Assembly (NCBI RefSeq): GCF_036321535.1
Contig: NC_087436.1
Location: 38,256,001-38,320,000, forward strand
Length of the DNA: 64,000 nt
From: Camelus dromedarius
Lineage: Eukaryota
Direction of reading: 5' to 3'
In this document: positions 60,361 through 64,000 of the stretch, one piece after another
Position numbering within the stretch: the stretch's first letter is position 1
Layout: each line of letters opens with the position of its first letter
The notes under the pieces: model-generated
The model's database searches: none
Told to the model about the DNA's origin: nothing
Seen by the model: the letters and a program-made list of their open reading frames with translations, nothing else
Translations under genes and position numbers: made by a program

Positions 60361-61829
60361 CAAATTATCTAAAACTAGAATTAAAATTTGATCTTTGCTT
60401 TTTTTAAATATATGACATGTATATGTGTGTATAGTTAATATATAATATTTCTACCTTTTCATGGAAACATTCATGAAAGCATAGAGATTCAAAGTTCTAA
60501 CTGTAAGAGAAACCGAATTTAACAATCTAAAATCTTCTATATTGTAATACGGATTTTATCTTATCACGGGTGGGGTTTGGCAACAGAACTTGTCACTCAT
60601 CCCTCAGGGAACACCCTTAACTAAGACACCCAAGGCTCAGTCCTAGCAAGCTTTAAGGCAGTCTCTACCACTATCCCTTTCCACATTTTATAGGGGTATG
60701 TGCTTTCTGAAGTTTCCAAAGCCACATAACGTTACCTCTAACATTTCCCATGAGTATACTCCTTTCTACAACCACCCAATGTAACAATATTTCTAACATC
60801 TCCTGAAGTCTGTTTCTTTCTACATCCATCCATTCTGCAATCAAAATTCCTATAATGTGACAGCAAGGACTGAAAGTGAACAGTTAGGACAGATGATATA
60901 GGGACTTCCACAGAGAGCTGATGAAGCTATGAATCCAACGCTTGTTAGTAACAGGCAAACTGCAAGACCAGACTCTGTCTTGTTTTTAGCTACATCAACT
61001 CTGAGCTTACAAGAGAAGAGATTCTTAGAAAAGTCATAGAAGATCTTGTGTCCTCAGACCACGCCATAAGGTCAAAACTAAAAATTTAGAACATTTTTTC
61101 TCTTTAAGTTCCTCATTACTTCTGGAATCATCTACTCATCAACAAAGGTAGACATTCCTTAGTCCCATCACAATGGTTTATGACAGCAGGTATATAATGT
61201 GTCAAAGGCAAGCCTTAAACAGCCCCTGCCTTCCAGACAACTTCAAGTAATCCCTTAATAGATAAGTTTTCTACTTATTTAATTGACCACCAATATCTCA
61301 TTTTCCACTGGCAATGAGGTTATTGTTGCCTTTAAGCCCGATCCGGTGAGATAATAATCCATATTCAAAACTTTGTAAATCTGATTATGGGACTAGGTTT
61401 CAAAGCAGGAAAGAGAAATGAGTTTAGGTATTTCACACGAAAAGGGCAATTGGGTACTTACAATTTTACAAGAATTAATGGAAGAGTGGAAGTCATGAGA
61501 TTATCATCAGACTACAAGAGCATGCCATGCAAACTACTATCCAAAAAACAGAACTGTTACTGTTATTCTGAAGTCAGGAAATAGCTGGAAACTAGTGTTA
61601 TCACTGCTGCCCATCCCACCAGAGAGTGGCATGTGCAGTCTTGCCTCAGAAAACCTTGTGTCTGCCAGAACCTGTCCATCAACCATCACCATCACAGAAA
61701 GAAAGCATCCACCCGACCCCTCTTCCAGGCTTCATGTAAGTGCTTTCCTTTGGAATTCCTGCATGGTAAAATGACATAAAAAATACAGATTTTATTTTCG
61801 TTCTTTCTATGTTAATTTATAACAAAATG

Positions 61830-62330
61830 CAATTTCCATTAAAATCTGTCTTTTTTTTTTTACTGGTACTTGAGAGATTGATTCCAAAGTTCTTTTGGGT
61901 AAACAAATGAGTTGAGAATATCTACAAAAAAGAACAATAATGAAAGAAATTTATGTGCTTAGAAATGAAAATGCATTATGAAGCTTTATCAGCACATATT
62001 GTGATAATGATATAAGATGTGTGAGATAGACCAGTGGAAAAGAATCATCCAGAAAAAAATGGTGTATATAATACTGTATTAGGAGATGACAATGGCTTCA
62101 CAAATCAATGATAAAAGGAACAGTTAATCTACCAAAACAAGTTTTAGCTATTTGTAACAACAAAAATAAAAAATCAAAGTCTGAGTTGTTACTTCATAAC
62201 GTATCTAAGACTCTATGTTCTTGAAATAATTATATGCAAAATTATAAGCCAATAAAAATGGAAAAATTTATAGGTAAATACAATTTTCATAAATGAATTT
62301 CCCATGAGTAAATGGTTTTCTATTGCTCAG
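61830..62330 (+). mobile_element. Decayed L1 ORF2 3' segment (L1ME-like)
   Basis: ttgattccaaagttc..aaagaacaataatga..attatgaagct..agatagaccagtggaaaagaat..cacaaatcaatg..aaggaacagtta. Confidence 0.65.
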
Positions 62331-62899
62331 ACATCAGCCAAGATCTGTCGTATCAGACTTCACCCTCATCCAGGGGAAGTTTCTGCTTTTGAGGAGGGGT
62401 GGTGAGGAAGAGAAGGGATAGGTAATAAACACTTTTTAAATAAAACACAAGACAAAGCCTTTGCCATTTTTTCAGGATCATCTTCAAGTAATATTGGCAA
62501 AAAACTTTGTATTATGAAAAAAGTTAAGTATTCTTAAACAAGGGTTCGAAAATTCAAATCCAAGACTTTTTCTTTAATATTAAAATAAATAAAATAAAAT
62601 AAAATGATCATCTAGAGGAAGGAGGCTTCTTGCAAGAGAAGAGCAGTGCAAAGATCTTACTTGAGAGAGTGTTTGAAAGTGTTCAAGGAACTATAGTAAA
62701 TAGGTAATACATATTGCCGAGTGAATGAATGTAGGTCCCCCAAAACAATGAGGTTTTCTTAGAGTAACGTTAAGCCAATGATAAAGTTTGAGTTCTTGAT
62801 ACATTTTCTTAGGTAAAGTTCTTAAAAAAAAAAACAGTAAAAAACAAAATCAACATTTTCTTTTCTTCTTTGCTTGATATTTTTGTCTGTAAATTCTTT

Positions 62900-63235
62900 C
62901 GAAACTAAAATCAAACCCTAATTTGCTCTGCCTTATACTGATGTCCCATCCATACTCGGTACTCCTTCCATAATTTCCATCCATCTCCCACTATTTCTCC
63001 ACACTTTTCCTCCATCCAGCCAATTGTGTCTATTTATCATTATTAGTCAAGCACACCGTGCTCATTTTCATCCCAAATCCTTTGTTCTTACCATTTCTCT
63101 GACCTGGAATGCCCTTCTTTTCTCCCTACTCTGATTGTTATCAGAATCCTATCCTCACTTCAGAGCTCACAAGTTTCCTACAGTCCCTAAGGCCTTCACT
63201 AAGTCTGTCCAGTGCTTTACCATATAGAACTCTAA
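62900..63235 (+). mobile_element. L2 fragment
   Basis: cctccatccagcca..cctttgttcttaccatttctctgacctggaatgcccttc..atcctatcctcacttcagagctca. Confidence 0.7.
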
Positions 63236-63284
63236 ATATATTTTTCATTCAGGCTACCAAATAATAACATTATTATTGATATTA

Positions 63285-64000
63285 CTATTCCATTTTAAGT
63301 TGACAAGTTTCTAGAACTTATTTAATTTCAAATTTACAGAAAAGTTGCAAGAAGAGTACGAAAAACTTTTGTATTTCTTTCACCTAAGTTCCCCAACAAT
63401 TATTATCTCACCATACTCACACTATCAATCATATATAAAGATATGTAATTATCTCATTAGATTTTTCCCAGTTGTTCCCCAAATATGTATCTTTTATTTT
63501 TTTTTAACACATTCTGGTCCAGGATTTCTCACTTCAATTTGAAACAGTTCCTTTATCCTTCCCTATCTTTCATGATCTTGAGAGTTTTGGAGAGAACAAG
63601 CCCTCTGTCCCAGCTTTGAACCAATCAATTATGCAACAAGTCCTGGGTTTTTTAGTGGAGTATGATATATAGAAACAAAGGTCTGGTGCTCCATGTTCTC
63701 ATTGCCCATGAGTGTCACTGATTTTAGGGCTTTTCAATGGACATATTTAGAAAATAAATATATGTACACATGGACATGCATCCATATCTACTTCTATATC
63801 TATTTATATCTTTTTAAAATAAATTTACATCAATTCCAGCTCCAATTCAATACTTTTCTAGCTTTCTTCCTCTACATATTTGAAATCCTTTCATCAACAG
63901 TGAGAACTTAGCTCCCAATATCCTTAACAGATGTTCCTACCTGCTCATTCCTCCTGCATGAACCAAATCTCCTAACCACACACATCTGCAACTTCCTCAG
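63285..64000 (-). mobile_element. L1MC4-like 3' region
   Basis: taatttcaaatttacagaaaagttgcaagaa..tagaaacaaaggtctgg..gttctcattgc..gtgtcactgattttagggcttttcaatggaca..acagtgagaac. Confidence 0.75.

Overview
This is AT-rich, CpG-depleted eutherian genomic DNA, most likely intergenic or deep intronic. A young tRNA-Ala(AGC)-derived SINE at 22208-22366 has the structure of the camelid Vic-1 family, which points to a camel, llama or alpaca genome. I recognised no protein-coding gene, rRNA, true tRNA gene or CRISPR array. Most ORF-track entries are chance ORFs, microsatellite read-throughs or decayed transposon frames. The window is a mosaic of old interspersed repeats: MIR, L2, L1M subfamilies, MaLR/MLT, MER21 and ERV1 LTRs, and MER5, MER58 and Tigger DNA elements. 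Several repeat-poor unique blocks lie between them. Repeat families were called from memory of consensus sequences, so subfamily names and most boundaries are approximate. The most notable features are: (1) a 616-nt almost pure homopurine compound microsatellite containing GAAA, AAGGG and GGAA arrays; (2) a CpG-retaining exon-like island at about 40.5-41.0 kb with splice signals on both strands; (3) scattered well-formed micro-exon candidates suggesting unannotated spliced transcripts; (4) a pre-miRNA-sized hairpin at 55983-56040; (5) enhancer-like motif clusters; (6) template-switch scars. None of these is established as a new biological system from sequence alone.
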